Source of the DNA: Octopus sinensis
Lineage: Eukaryota
Assembly: GCF_006345805.1 (NCBI RefSeq)
Contig: NC_043005.1
Coordinates: 2,790,001 to 2,854,000, forward strand
Length of the DNA stretch: 64,000 bases
Direction of reading: 5' to 3'
Shown: piece by piece, positions 52,106-64,000 of the stretch
Position numbering within the stretch: position 1 is the stretch's first letter
How the letters are laid out: every line of letters begins with the position of its first letter
Notes under the pieces: generated by a model
Told to the model about the DNA's origin: nothing
What the model saw: only the letters and a program-made list of their open reading frames with translations
Database searches by the model: none
Program-made: the position numbers and the translations under genes

Positions 52106-54345
52106 GATAAAACGGTAAGATCAACAAAGAAAGAAAGATCCTCAATATTATGTAAATAGAGGAAATTTATCTATACAATATGTTACATTACTCGGTAGTC
52201 AAGAAAAACTCTGAGTTTCAGATGCCGAAGTGGAAATCCACAACACCATCTCTTCGGTTATCTGGCTATTTGAAAACGTTATGAAAAAATACCGTTAAAA
52301 TGAAGGGAAATTACTCTGTTATAACTCTGCTTTGCCTGCGTACTTATACATCGCTCGCATTTTTCGTCTTAAAAATTATATAAAATACATAAAAATATAT
52401 AAAAATATAAAAAATATATAAACTCTTGGGACATAACACACAGAAAGCATGTTCTATCCGTTTTCTTTAGGGGACCAAAAACGTAACAGAAATTTAGTCA
52501 CATGTGGGCATGATCCGAAAGCTCTGTCCTTGTATTTAGACATGTGGTAGGGTCTAAGCTGCTTTTCCAGATAAGCCATCTCTCCATGTCGCATAAACCG
52601 CACCTTCCGCTGCCGTTAGTGTAGGGCTTACATCTGGCCAAAATCTTCCATTGTATGTTATAATCGACACTTTATCTCTTAAAGACCAAATATGATTGGA
52701 TAATTGTGTCGCTTTTCTTTTGTTCCAGTGCCTAAAGCTCAAAGTGTGGTTATTGAACCTGGCCTTGAAATTACCCTCTGTCAGGCCCACGTATTTCTTC
52801 GTCGAAACGGTGTCTTTAGTGTTATAGAGTTTACAGTAGCTTCATATATGATGGTCTTGGACATGCAAGCTCCATTTAGCGGGCACAATTCTTTATTCCT
52901 GCATGAACAGCTGTTTTTTCTCTTGTGTTTTTTGTATGTTATGATTGATTATGTTTTTAAAATTGGTATTGACTAAAACTAATTTTTAAATTGTGTCTAT
53001 TGAAGAGTTTCCTATAAGCATGGTTAACTGGAAAATGTCTATCTATCAGTGCTAGGAAATATTTACCTATATTGAAGGCCACCTCGGGTGAGTAAGGGGG
53101 CGTAAACCAGATGACCTTCCTATTTCTATTATTCTTTTCCTTATTGTTGGGCTGGTGATAGGTGTATATTTTATTTTTTCGCTAAACCACTATCTTTAAA
53201 GCTTTATTATAAACTGGGGCAACGCTATTGAAGATGTCCTCATTAGATGAGAGGCTAGAAATCCTCTTACTAATTTTTTAACTAAATTTTGAATACTATA
53301 GGGGGATGGCATGAACCTACATTAATATAACTTAGTCTATCATTGGGCTTCCTATAAGGCTTATAAATATTATTATTAAGATCTAAGGAAACGTCTAAGA
53401 AATTGACAACCGTCAGGTTAGTGTCTATAGTTATACTAAGTCCGAAGTGTTTCATTAACTGGATAATATCCTTCCTAAAACGATCTTGTGCTGGTCCATT
53501 TGTATTAGCTGTTAAGGCGAGGGCATCATCTTTGTAGATGGCGAAATGTACGTTAGGGAATGTCTTACCGAAGGTATCTAGGAGAAAGAGTCCAATTAGA
53601 TCACAGATGCCTGCCCCATCATATGAACCCATGCTCACATCGAAAGCGCCCTCCGTGTCGGTGTTTTTTACCCACTTTGCATTCTCACTGAAAAGTAATG
53701 TCTTTCTAGCATGGAAGATTATATCCTTATCATTGGTACTAATTTCTATGAAGTCACTAGCGAAGATTAGGGCTTTATCTAGCAGTTCTTTAGAGATAGA
53801 GGCATAAAAATCAACAATATCGAATTGTGTAAACCTCGCTTTTTTCTTATTCTTAATAGCTTTAAACCAGTCTACGACTTCTATACTATTGGACCATTGC
53901 ACTAGCCTAGTATCGGTCTTATTTTCGTATTTATTTTATCTAAAATTTCTTTGCTATAATCCCTAGTTCTGACTTGGCTGGGTTGATAAGCCTACATTTA
54001 GGGTTGGAAAGGAAGTTTTCTTTGTGGTCTTTAGATAATAAAGGCCTCTTTTTGGGGGGAGGGTTTCTATTTTTTTATCTAATTTAAGTTTAGCGGCGAT
54101 GACGCTAGCTTCTTTATTAATTTCGTTATATGTCTGTGCCCTAGCCTTAGTATAATTATTATATGCTGTTGTGTAAGAGTTGTGTGTATTTGCTGTTATC
54201 TACCAGTTATAAGTTCTTGGTTTTATCCGAAAAAAGTGCTTTTTTCTTGAGCTTTTTATATGATCAATATTTTTTCAATTTATGTTGGAATTGTTAAAAG
54301 ACTTACGAAACTTTATTTTGCTCATGATCTTCACAGGTCGCTTCT
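52106..54345 (-). mobile_element. Penelope-like retroelement (RT + GIY-YIG), 5'-truncated left copy
   Basis: ORF 53282-53902: FTQFDIVDFYASISKELL...GSYDGAGICDLIGLFLL...YKDD...VNFLDVSLDL...YKPYRKPND. ORF 52554-52790 plus its upstream frame: YVGLTEGNFKARFNNH...LSNHIWSLRD. Confidence 0.93.
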
Positions 54346-54349
54346 AATA

Positions 54350-56750
54350 TGGACGATATCACATAGATTATTCTATGAAAAATATACCGATCCCATCAAA
54401 GGATTTTTACTCTAAGAAACTTCTGCAAAAAATTACTGATGTAATTAAGCGTATGAGATGGAAGGCTTTCTTTTTGACACAGAAGCGAACACCAAGAAAA
54501 CATTTTCTATCGGATAAAATCCAAAAATTCCTCCTAGGATTAAAGGCTTGGAAGATTTCGAAGCGGACCTGCTGAAGATCATGAGCAAAATAAAATTTCG
54601 TAAGTCTTTTAACGATTTCCAACATAAATTGAAAAAAGATATTGATCATATAAAAAGCTCCAAGAAAAAAGCACTTTTTTCGGATAAAACCAAGAACTTA
54701 TACCTGGTAGATAACAGCAAATACACACAACTCTTACACAACAGCATCACTAATAATTATACTAAGGCTAGGGCACAGACATATAACGAAATTAATAAAG
54801 AAGCTAGCGTCATCGCCGCTAAACTTAAATTAGATAAAAAAAATAGAAACCCTCCCCCAAAAAGAGGCCTTTATTACTATTAAAGACCACAAAGAAAACT
54901 TCCTTTCCAACCCTAAATGTAGGCTTATCAACCCAGCCAAGTCAGAACTAGGGATTATTAGCAAAGAAATTTTAGATAAAATAAATACGAAAATTAAGAC
55001 CGATACTAGGCTAGTGCAATGGTCCAATAGTATAGAAGTCGTAGACTGGTTTAAAGCTATTAAGAATAGAAAAAAGCGAGGTTTACACAATTCGATATTG
55101 TTGATTTTTATGCCTCTATCTCTAAAGAACTGCTAGATAAAGCCCTAATCTTCGCTAGTGTCTTCATAGAAATTAGTACCAATGATAAGGATATAATCTT
55201 CCATGCTAGAAAGACATTACTTTTCAGTGAGAATGCAAAGTGGGTAAAAAACACCGACACGGAGGGCGCTTTCGATGTGAGCATGGGTTCATATGATGGG
55301 GCAGGCATCTGTGATCTAATTGGACTCTTTCTCCTAGATACCTTCGGTAAGACATTCCCTAACGTACATTTCGCCATCTACAAAGATGATGCCCTCGCCT
55401 TAACAGCTAATACAAATGGACCAGCACAAGATCGTTTTAGGAAGGATATTATCCAGTTAATGAAACACTTCGACTTAGTATAACTATAGACACTAACCTG
55501 ACGGTTGTCAATTTCTTAGACGTTTCCTTAGATCTTAATAATAATATTTATAAGCCTTATAGGAAGCCCAATGATAGACTAAGTTATATTAATGTAGGTT
55601 CATGCCATCCCCCTATAGTATTCAAAAATTTAGTTAAAAATATTAGTAAGAGGATTTCTAGCCTCTCATCTAATGAGGACATCTTCAATAGCGTTGCCCC
55701 CAGTTTATAATAAAGCTTTAAAAGATAGTGGTTTTAGCGAAAAAATAAATATACTCCTATCACCAGCCCAACAGTAAGGAAAAGGAATAATAGAAATAGG
55801 AAGGTCATCTGGTTTACGCCCCCTTACTCACCCGAGGTGGCCTTCAATATAGGTAAATATTTCCTAGCACTGATAGATAGACATTTTCCAGTTAACCATG
55901 CTTATAGGAAACTCTTCAATAGACACAATTTAAAAATTAGTTTTAGTTCAACTACCAATTTTAAAAACATAATCAATCATAACATACAAAAAACACAAGA
56001 AGAAAACAGCTGTTCATGCAGGAATAAAGAATTGTGCCCGCTAAATGGAGCTTGCATGTCCAAGACCATCATATATGAAGCTACCGTAAACTCTATAACC
56101 ACTAAAGACACCGTTTCGACGAAGAAATACGTGGGCCTGACAGAGGGTAATTTCAAGGCCAGGTTCAATAACCACACTTTGAGCTTTAGGCACTGGAACA
56201 AAAGAAAAGCGACACAATATCCAATCATATTTGGTCTTTAAGAGATAAAGGTGTCGATTATAACATACAATGGAAGATTTTGGCCAGATGTAAGCCCTCA
56301 CTAACGGCAGCGGAAGGTGCGGTTTATGCGACATGGAGAGATGGCTTATCTGGAAAAGCAGCTTAGACCCTACCACATGTCTAAATACAAGGACAGAGCT
56401 TTTCGGATCATGCCCACATGTGACTAAATTTCTGTTACGTTTTTGGTCCCTAAAGAAAACGGATAGAACATGCTTTCTGTGTTATGTCCCAAGAAGATTT
56501 TATATATTTTTATATATTTTTATATTTTTATGATTTTTATATAATTTTTATGACGAAAAATGCGAGCGATGTATAAGTACGCAGGCAAAGCAGAGTTATA
56601 ACAGAGTAATTTCCCTTCATTTTTAACGGTATTTTTTCATAATTTTTTCAATAGCCAGATAACCGAAGAGATGGTGTGTGGATTTCCACTTCGGCATCTG
56701 AACTCAGAGTTTTATCTGACTACCGAGTAATGTAACATATTGTATAGATA
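54350..56750 (+). mobile_element. Penelope-like retroelement (RT + GIY-YIG), near-complete right copy with frameshifts
   Basis: Starts MKNIPIPSKDFYSKKLLQKITDVIKRMRWKAFF (54375) and has the same RT motifs as the left copy. It contains the Cys linker CSCRNKELCPLNGAC and GIY-YIG IIYEATV...KKYVGLTEGNFKARFNNH, and ends in (TA)n. Confidence 0.93.
56656..56718 (+). ncRNA. Hammerhead-like motif at the PLE 3' end (variant core); mirror copy at 52200-52264(-)
   Basis: Stem I cagataa/ttatctg, core CCGAAGA (U4 replaced by C), stem II GATG...GTGG-attt-CCAC...CATC, and palindromic stem III ACTC-a-GAGT with triplet GUU. The right copy has GAA rather than GAAA; the left copy has GAAAC but a damaged stem I. 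Confidence 0.45.
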
Positions 56751-56806
56751 TATATATATATATATATATAATATATATATCTATATATATATATATATAT
56801 ATATAT

Positions 56807-56847
<41 letters not shown>

Positions 56848-56992
56848 ATTATATATATCATATATATATATATTATATATATCATATATATATATATATA
56901 TTCATATATATATATCATATATATCATATATATATATATATATCATATATATATATCATATATACATATATATATAATATATATATATATAT
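56751..56992. repeat. (TA)n microsatellite flanking the PLE
   Basis: Directly visible. Confidence 0.9.
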
Positions 56993-57192
56993 CATTTTCT
57001 TGGGCGTTTTTAAGCTGTGTAAATTAAATCCATTATATTTGAATATCATTTGTATTTAATATCATCTGAAATTCTTCAGTCTTTGCATTCCTTGTTTACA
57101 CACACACACACCACAGAGAGACACAGACACACACACATATCACACACATCACACACACGCACACAAACACAGACATCCATACATACACGCAT

Positions 57193-57243
<51 letters not shown>

Positions 57244-57302
57244 ATGTAAATCAACCATGGCTTATAATCATTCAAAAGAAAAGTAAGAAAATGGAGATAT
57301 AG

Positions 57303-57590
57303 CATTTAATAAAAACTTATCTGCAAAAATCAGTCTCTTACAGCTGTTTCAATTAAACCTAAATGATTAAAATAGCAATTATTCAAACCAATTATATTAG
57401 GCATCTGTTATATTATCATCATTATGTTTCTAAAATACAACACCTAAAGATCTAACGATATATCTTTTTTCTGCCCCTCTGATGAGATTTTGCTTAATAT
57501 AATGGCTTTAATAATTGCTATGTTAATCTTTTAGGCTTAATTGAAACAACTGTAAGTGACCGACTGATTTTTATAAATTTTTATTAAATG
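57303..57590. repeat. Imperfect ~100-bp inverted repeat with hammerhead-like remnants
   Basis: 57303-57401 pairs loosely with 57492-57590. It contains CTGATGAG (57479) ... GAAACAACTGTA (57543) on + and GAAACAGCTGTAAGAG on the minus strand (57335-57350). Confidence 0.6.
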
Positions 57591-58086
57591 TTATATCCCC
57601 ATCTTTTCTTTTGAATGATTACAAACCATGGTTTATAAATAAATCTATTATTTTATGAATATTATTATTATTCACAACAAATATTAAGTATTGAACCAGT
57701 AATTCTTTGGATGTTACTATCCCTTAATGAGGCTAATTTAGCCTCTAATTGAATATATATAATATATATATATTCTTGTTATTTGTATTTGTAATTGTGT
57801 ACCATGTTCTCCGTTTTTTGTCTTTGTTGCCGTACAATTCGCTAACTTTCTTACAAAAAAATCCAATGCTCTTAGCTTAGACTTTTTTGGGGAAACCATA
57901 TCGAACAGTCTCAAGTGTGACTGCCTGAAACAATAAGGACTTCTGGTAACTTGACTGAGGAAAGAAGGCCACGAATGACCCGTCTTTTTTCCCTTTCCTT
58001 CAAATTGTTATTACTCCTGTCCACCTTTATATCGTATATCTGTCCGAATGTTTTATTGTCCTCTATTGCGTTTTTGCTCCATTTTT

Positions 58087-58193
<107 letters not shown>

Positions 58194-59075
58194 TAAAAGC
58201 ATCGTCGTTCCTGAATTTAAAAGGCTCACTATGAATGTTAATTATGAACGACAAGGGAAAAGATCGAGGAGAAACGGACGTTTTACAAGAGCTTTTCATA
58301 GATGTCTATTAAGACTACATAAAGATGTATTCTAAGAGTACTCTAAGAGTACACACAGATGTACTCCAGAAGTTTACCAGGATATTTAATAACGAAAAAC
58401 CGCCTAAGCCAGCATTTTTCGTTTTTTTCTTAGAAAATTAAAACAAGCAATATTTACTCGCCGTTTGTTTGGCAGTCCGAAATACTTACTATTGTCCGGT
58501 GGTGTGTTGAAGGGGGAAGTGGTGTATAAATGCCTTTCCCTCCCCACTCACTCATCTCCAACTTTATCCCGACCCCAGGTGTTCAGAAAGATGTTTGCAC
58601 CAAGCAAACATCGACCCTTGGGTAGTCTTCGTTCGTCATTCAGGTGTCCATCTCATACACTTCTAACCCGTTCGACTCACCTTGTCTGGCCAACAACCCC
58701 TTCCTCCCAGCCTCATCAGGATTTCAATGCAGAGGCCCCGGGGTGGTGGGGTCGCGTTAGTTTACATTCTGATAGAGCACACACACTGTGTAAGCAGAAC
58801 ATCCACTAAATCCTTCCCTTCCTCCCTCGCCCACCCCCTTCTTTCAACATTTCTCCCTCCACCCCCTAAACAAACACGTTGGGAATGCTGGGGAGAAGCG
58901 GTGAGGTGGAAAGGGGTTGGTTATAGGGGACACTAATCTCCCTTCCACTGCCTCCTCACTCTCCTTCATCTGACAAATGAAGCCAGAGTTCTAAGTTCGT
59001 CCCCAGGCGGAGAAGCCGAGCAGAACTGGCGCTTCACAAACAATATTTGCCTTCCGGAAATCACGAGGATTGTGT

Positions 59076-59110
<35 letters not shown>

Positions 59111-59195
59111 TGTTATATATATTTATATGTATATATGTATGCATGGTGTATGTGTCTATATATTTAAAATGATATACATGCTTGTGTAAATACGA

Positions 59196-59295
59196 NNNNN
59201 NNNNNNNNNNNNNNNNNNNNNNNNNNNNNNNNNNNNNNNNNNNNNNNNNNNNNNNNNNNNNNNNNNNNNNNNNNNNNNNNNNNNNNNNNNNNNNN
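59196..59295. other. Assembly gap (100 N)
   Basis: Run of N. Confidence 1.
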
Positions 59296-59693
59296 ACATC
59301 ACATACGCGTGCACACACACACACACACACACACGCCGCGCGCGCACTTACATGAGCACATAAGCAGTGATCCTGTTGTCAGGTGTCAAAATCACGTTGG
59401 TATCTGATCGAGAGCTGATGACTTCCTCGACTGAGTTAAAACTTTCCATTTTCAAGTAAATTTCTCTGCTGAATTTTGTTACTTACCTGGGAGAATAGTA
59501 TGTTCTTTACTTATCTGATCCCTTGATAAATCATGTTATAGCATTTAGATATAATTTTTTAAAAGAAATATACTCTTTTATAATCAATTATAGATTATAA
59601 TTGATTGTAGTCAACAATAACAAGGCTGGAAAGCCGTTATACGGGATTATGGCACACATATACACACGTGTGTGTGTATATATATATGTATAA

Positions 59694-59744
<51 letters not shown>

Positions 59745-60394
59745 ATACACACATATATGCGTGTATGTGTCTGTATGTGATTATATACATGCGCATATGC
59801 ACGTGTGCGTATGTATAGTAGGGACCGTGATCAATCTCAAAGTAATTATATTGCATAACACAGAGATACTATTCCAGAAACGTCGTCCAATATTGACAGT
59901 TGCACATGGGCTTCTGTTTGCACATATGTGTGTGCGTATTCTTGATCATAAGTGTATAAAAATCAATATATATATATATATATATACATAACTACCAAAC
60001 ACTCCACTCACAAATATATCCCGCGACACTTATACACCGAAGGAACAAATGATGTTTAATAGTTTGAACTTTCGAGATAAAACGTGAACAACACAATGGA
60101 AGAAAGTGGAGAGTGGAGCCAATATTAGCAGCAAGAAAAACCAGTAGAAAATGGATACAAAAAGAAAGAAGGAAAGAAAGAAAGAAAGAACAAGAGCAAC
60201 AAAATTATATCGACGAATGAAATGAGAAAGAAAATGGCGGAAAAAAGTAAATTGGAAGAAAGAGAGAACAATGGGAATATAAAATGTACCTATGGCTACT
60301 GTGTGTAGTCGGCCTGTTTATCGCGTTCCCCCCTCACACACGCACACACACACACACACTGAGTAAAAGTAGAAGAGTATTGGATGGAGGGAGG

Positions 60395-60652
60395 TGAGAG
60401 GGAAGAAGAATAGGAGGAGGAGGACGACGAGGAAAAGAAGGGGATGGGAGGAGAGGGAAGAGGTGAAAGGTATAGGAAGAAGAAGAAGAAGAAGAAGAAG
60501 AAGAAGAAGAAGAAGAAGAAGAAGAAGAAGAAGATTGAGAAACGAGACGAAATTAATTTAATTAATGGTTGTCGGATTTTTGTGAAATCGTTTTTGGTTT
60601 GTGTGGAGACATATAACGAGACGGTGTGAGGAGAAGAAGGAGAAAGAGAGGG

Positions 60653-60683
<31 letters not shown>

Positions 60684-60780
60684 GAAAAAGAGTGAAGGAG
60701 GGAAGAGAAAAAGAAAAGATGTGACGTAGACAGAGAGAGAGAGAGAAAGAGAGAGAGAGAAACAGAGAAAGCGTTATTGC

Positions 60781-60864
<84 letters not shown>

Positions 60865-60900
60865 AGGGATGAAAGAAAGAAAGAAAGTGTGTGAGAAATC
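60395..60900. repeat. Polypurine tract with (GAA)n, (GA)n and (GAAA)n
   Basis: (GAA)n at ~60476-60533 and (GAAA)n at ~60783-60863. Confidence 0.9.
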
Positions 60901-61294
60901 TTGACAAGAGGCAGAGTGTGAGAGAGAGAGAGTTTAGAGAAAGATTGTTTCGGGAATTCTCTTTAACGAATGAGTGATAAGTTAAAGATTAGAAAGAGAA
61001 GGGCGTGAGGGCGAAGAATGATGGAAAGTGAAGGGCAGAAGAGGTGGGAATAAAGGAGCTTCGAAATAGAGAAGCAAGTAGATTCGAAACAATCAACATT
61101 TCTTTAAAAACTAAATATGGGGGCGACATCACGGATTGGCAAAAATATGGCGTAATTACAGCCGAGGGGTTTGTTAGTCATCATACACACACATAGATAC
61201 ATACAGACATATGCACCACGCATATACATTTATAAAAACACGCACATTTTATATACATATGTGTATATCTTTACATATGTTGTATACAGACATA

Positions 61295-62159
61295 TACGGC
61301 TGGTATCAAAAGTTCCCACGTTATTTATGCTTGATAAAAAAAGTAAACTTATGCACCTAAGTTTTAGCATCATCTTCGAAATAGTCGTCTCTACAGCGAG
61401 TCCCAGCTTTCCTGTCGCTTTGGCAATCCGACCTGGAAGTCGTTTTCTCTGAGTCGAGGGTTCTTTGCAATTCTTTCTTGATCTCGAGAACGGTGTTAAA
61501 ACGGCCACCTTTGAGCTGCATTTCCATCTTGGGGAAGTGCTAAATATGGCGAGGAGGGCAGGTGCGGAAGCGATACCATGTTGTTTTTGGCGGGAAACTC
61601 ACGAGTGAGGAAAGCTCGGTGATAGGGTGCTCTGTCGTCGTGAAGGACTCAATTCTTTGTTCTCCACAGATCTGGTGGCTTTCACCAAGTGTCCTCCCTC
61701 AAACGTTTCAAAATGCCCCTCATTGTCCTCCGTCGATCCTCATGCACACACTGATGAATTTTCTCCCCAATTCCAACTCCCAGACCACTCATCGTCTTCC
61801 AGGGACGTTCTTCCGCTTTTCAAGCGCCCATGCCACTCGAAACATCATGTGCGACCCATTGCCTCTTCGCCGTAACTTTACCGAAGCATACTCAGCATGC
61901 GTGCTGCAGGCTTCCCGAGTTTCATGTCAGATTTCACGCTAGCTCTTTTTCCCAGCTTCCAACAAAAATCGCAGAGAACACCATACACGGGGGACCACAA
62001 AAACTCAAATTTCACGACTTGCAAAGTAAACACAGTGATGTAATTTGATACACTGCCTCATGAAGGTCACTGCCAGTTCTCACTGCGCACGCAACCGCGA
62101 GCTGCCATCTGCTGGTGCGCTACAGAACTAGTCCACGAACTTTGCGATACCATCTCGTA
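61295..62159 (-). mobile_element. Internally deleted mariner (Tc1/mariner) transposon
   Basis: TA target duplications at 61293-61294 and 62160-62161, with diverged TIRs tacggctggtatcaaaagttc / tacgagatggtatcgcaaagttc. Minus-strand translation: SYGEEAMGRT*CFEWHGRLKSGRTSLEDDE...ILKRLRED...VLHDDRAPYHRAFLTREFPAKNNMVSLPH.PSSP.LA. Confidence 0.85.
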
Positions 62160-62275
62160 TATATGTGTGTGTGTGTGTGTGTGCGCGTGCGTAAGTGTGT
62201 GTAGGTCTGTTTGTGTGTGAGTATATGCGTGTGTATATATATGTATATGTGTATATATATATATGTGTGTGTATG

Positions 62276-62317
<42 letters not shown>

Positions 62318-62387
62318 TATATACATATAAATATATGTATTTGTATGCATGTATGTATGTATGTGCGTTAGCCTATGAAAGATAGAT

Positions 62388-62420
<33 letters not shown>

Positions 62421-62550
62421 TATAGACAGGCAGACAGGGAGAGAGGGAGAGAGAGAGAGAAGGAAAGGGAGAGAGGGAGAGTCATTCAAATATATATGGA
62501 GAGACTGATATAAGCGTTTTGATTTGAGAGAAAGGCTAAGAAAATTGGTA

Positions 62551-62581
<31 letters not shown>

Positions 62582-63370
62582 AGAGAAACAGATGTGGTTC
62601 AATGAAAGGAGGGGGGCTGGAGAAGAAGATAGACGAAGTATGGAAGAGATAAACAGGGGGGGGTGGACGGTAGGACAAAGTAGGGGACAGAGAATGAGAG
62701 AGAGAGGGGGGCAAGTGAGCAAGGGCGTGTTGGAAACACTGAGTGTATAAGAAACAGCTGGTCCGAGCGATTCTATTTAAATAAACCTCATTGGTTGATA
62801 ACGACTATTAAAATCTAGTGATAGCCAGAGAGGAAAAGAACAAAAAAAAGACAAACCAGATATTTGAGAAGCCGAGTCGGTAATTAAATTAGATGAATAC
62901 TTATTGTATTATTATTATTATTATTATATTATTATTATTATTGATTTGGGGTTGGGTGGCCAGCGTTGGTATCGTTTATCTGGAGGAAACATTTGAGTGT
63001 TGAGAGGGCAAACATTATCGAAGGAAGACTGCAACGCGTAAATGTGTGTGTGTGTGTGTGTGTGTACTTGTGCGTGTGTGTGTGTGTTGGAGGGGTGGGT
63101 TAACAATGGAAGCAATAAAATGGCAGCCAACAGCCAAAGTCAACAACATTTATAGTCTGCCAAAAAACACAGCGGCAATACAATATAAAGCAATTGTTAC
63201 GAGATTCTTGCTTTTATTGTTTTTGTTTTTGTTTTTGTTGTTGCTGTTATTGCTGGAATTTTAAGATTATGCGCGCACGAGTCTGTGTGTGTATGTGTGC
63301 ATATGTGTATGTGTGTGATACATACAGGCGCACGTTCCATATAACCATAACTTCTCAGTATTTGTTTTAC

Positions 63371-63417
<47 letters not shown>

Positions 63418-64000
63418 GCACGCACGCACAAATACACATATACGAAACGTTTAGAGTCCGATATTGATAATACATCGTTATGCTCATGCCAAAGAATCAT
63501 GAGATCACAACCTCAGCCTGTTCCTAAAATATCTGGGATCCATATGGTTTATTACTATGTAGCTTCTCTTATTATATCCTTATGGTTTTAAAATGTTGTA
63601 AAGTGCATAATTCCTCAGTTTAAGGTTGAATTATTTACAAATATAGGTGAAAATAATGAAATCATAAAACAAATACAGAGAAGATTAAAAACAAAATGGA
63701 AATGAGAACAGAAAGTTATGGAGTTGAGAGATTTCATTGAATATATTCTTATAAAGTATGGTAAGGACAATGGTGTTTACTGAAACGGAGAAGGAAGATA
63801 ATGAATGTATGAATCCAGTTGGACGATACTTAAGAAGTGGTTCAATCAGATGGTGTTAAAAGACCTCCAATGCGTCAGAAAGTATCTATCGAATTGGTAA
63901 CAATTAGCAATTGGTGGAGAGATATATAGGACTAAAATTGCTAATGATGTAGGGGAAATTTATTTCCCATGAATTTCTACGTAACGACTGAAATCCACCT

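Overview
Eukaryotic, AT- and microsatellite-rich genomic DNA. The repeat families resemble those of octopus (coleoid cephalopod); this is inferred from pattern recognition, not from a database search. The only host protein gene I can support is a complete 12-exon Polycomb PRC2 subunit gene, EED/esc (+, 16956-38086, 428 aa when spliced). Its intron 4 has U12 (minor-spliceosome) signals, and its promoter carries an E2F site, a palindromic E-box and a CpG-rich MITE. A five-gene tRNA cluster (Asp-GTC, Asn-GTT, three identical Leu-CAG) lies at 5.2-9.0 kb. The rest is mobile DNA: CR1/L2-like, RTE, HERO-like and L1/Tx1-ORF1 retroelement pieces, at least three SINE families, hAT and mariner elements, and Penelope-like elements (PLEs). 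The most striking signals lie between 41 and 58 kb: a near-perfect 169-bp palindrome whose arms each carry a complete type I hammerhead ribozyme fold (42240-42623), a 4.6-kb head-to-head inverted PLE duplication with hammerhead-like 3' ends embedded in (TA)n, and a third decayed hammerhead-like inverted repeat. There is a 100-N scaffold gap at 59196-59295. Most long ORFs in the supplied track are microsatellite translations or antisense shadows of retroelements. Repeat boundaries are approximate.
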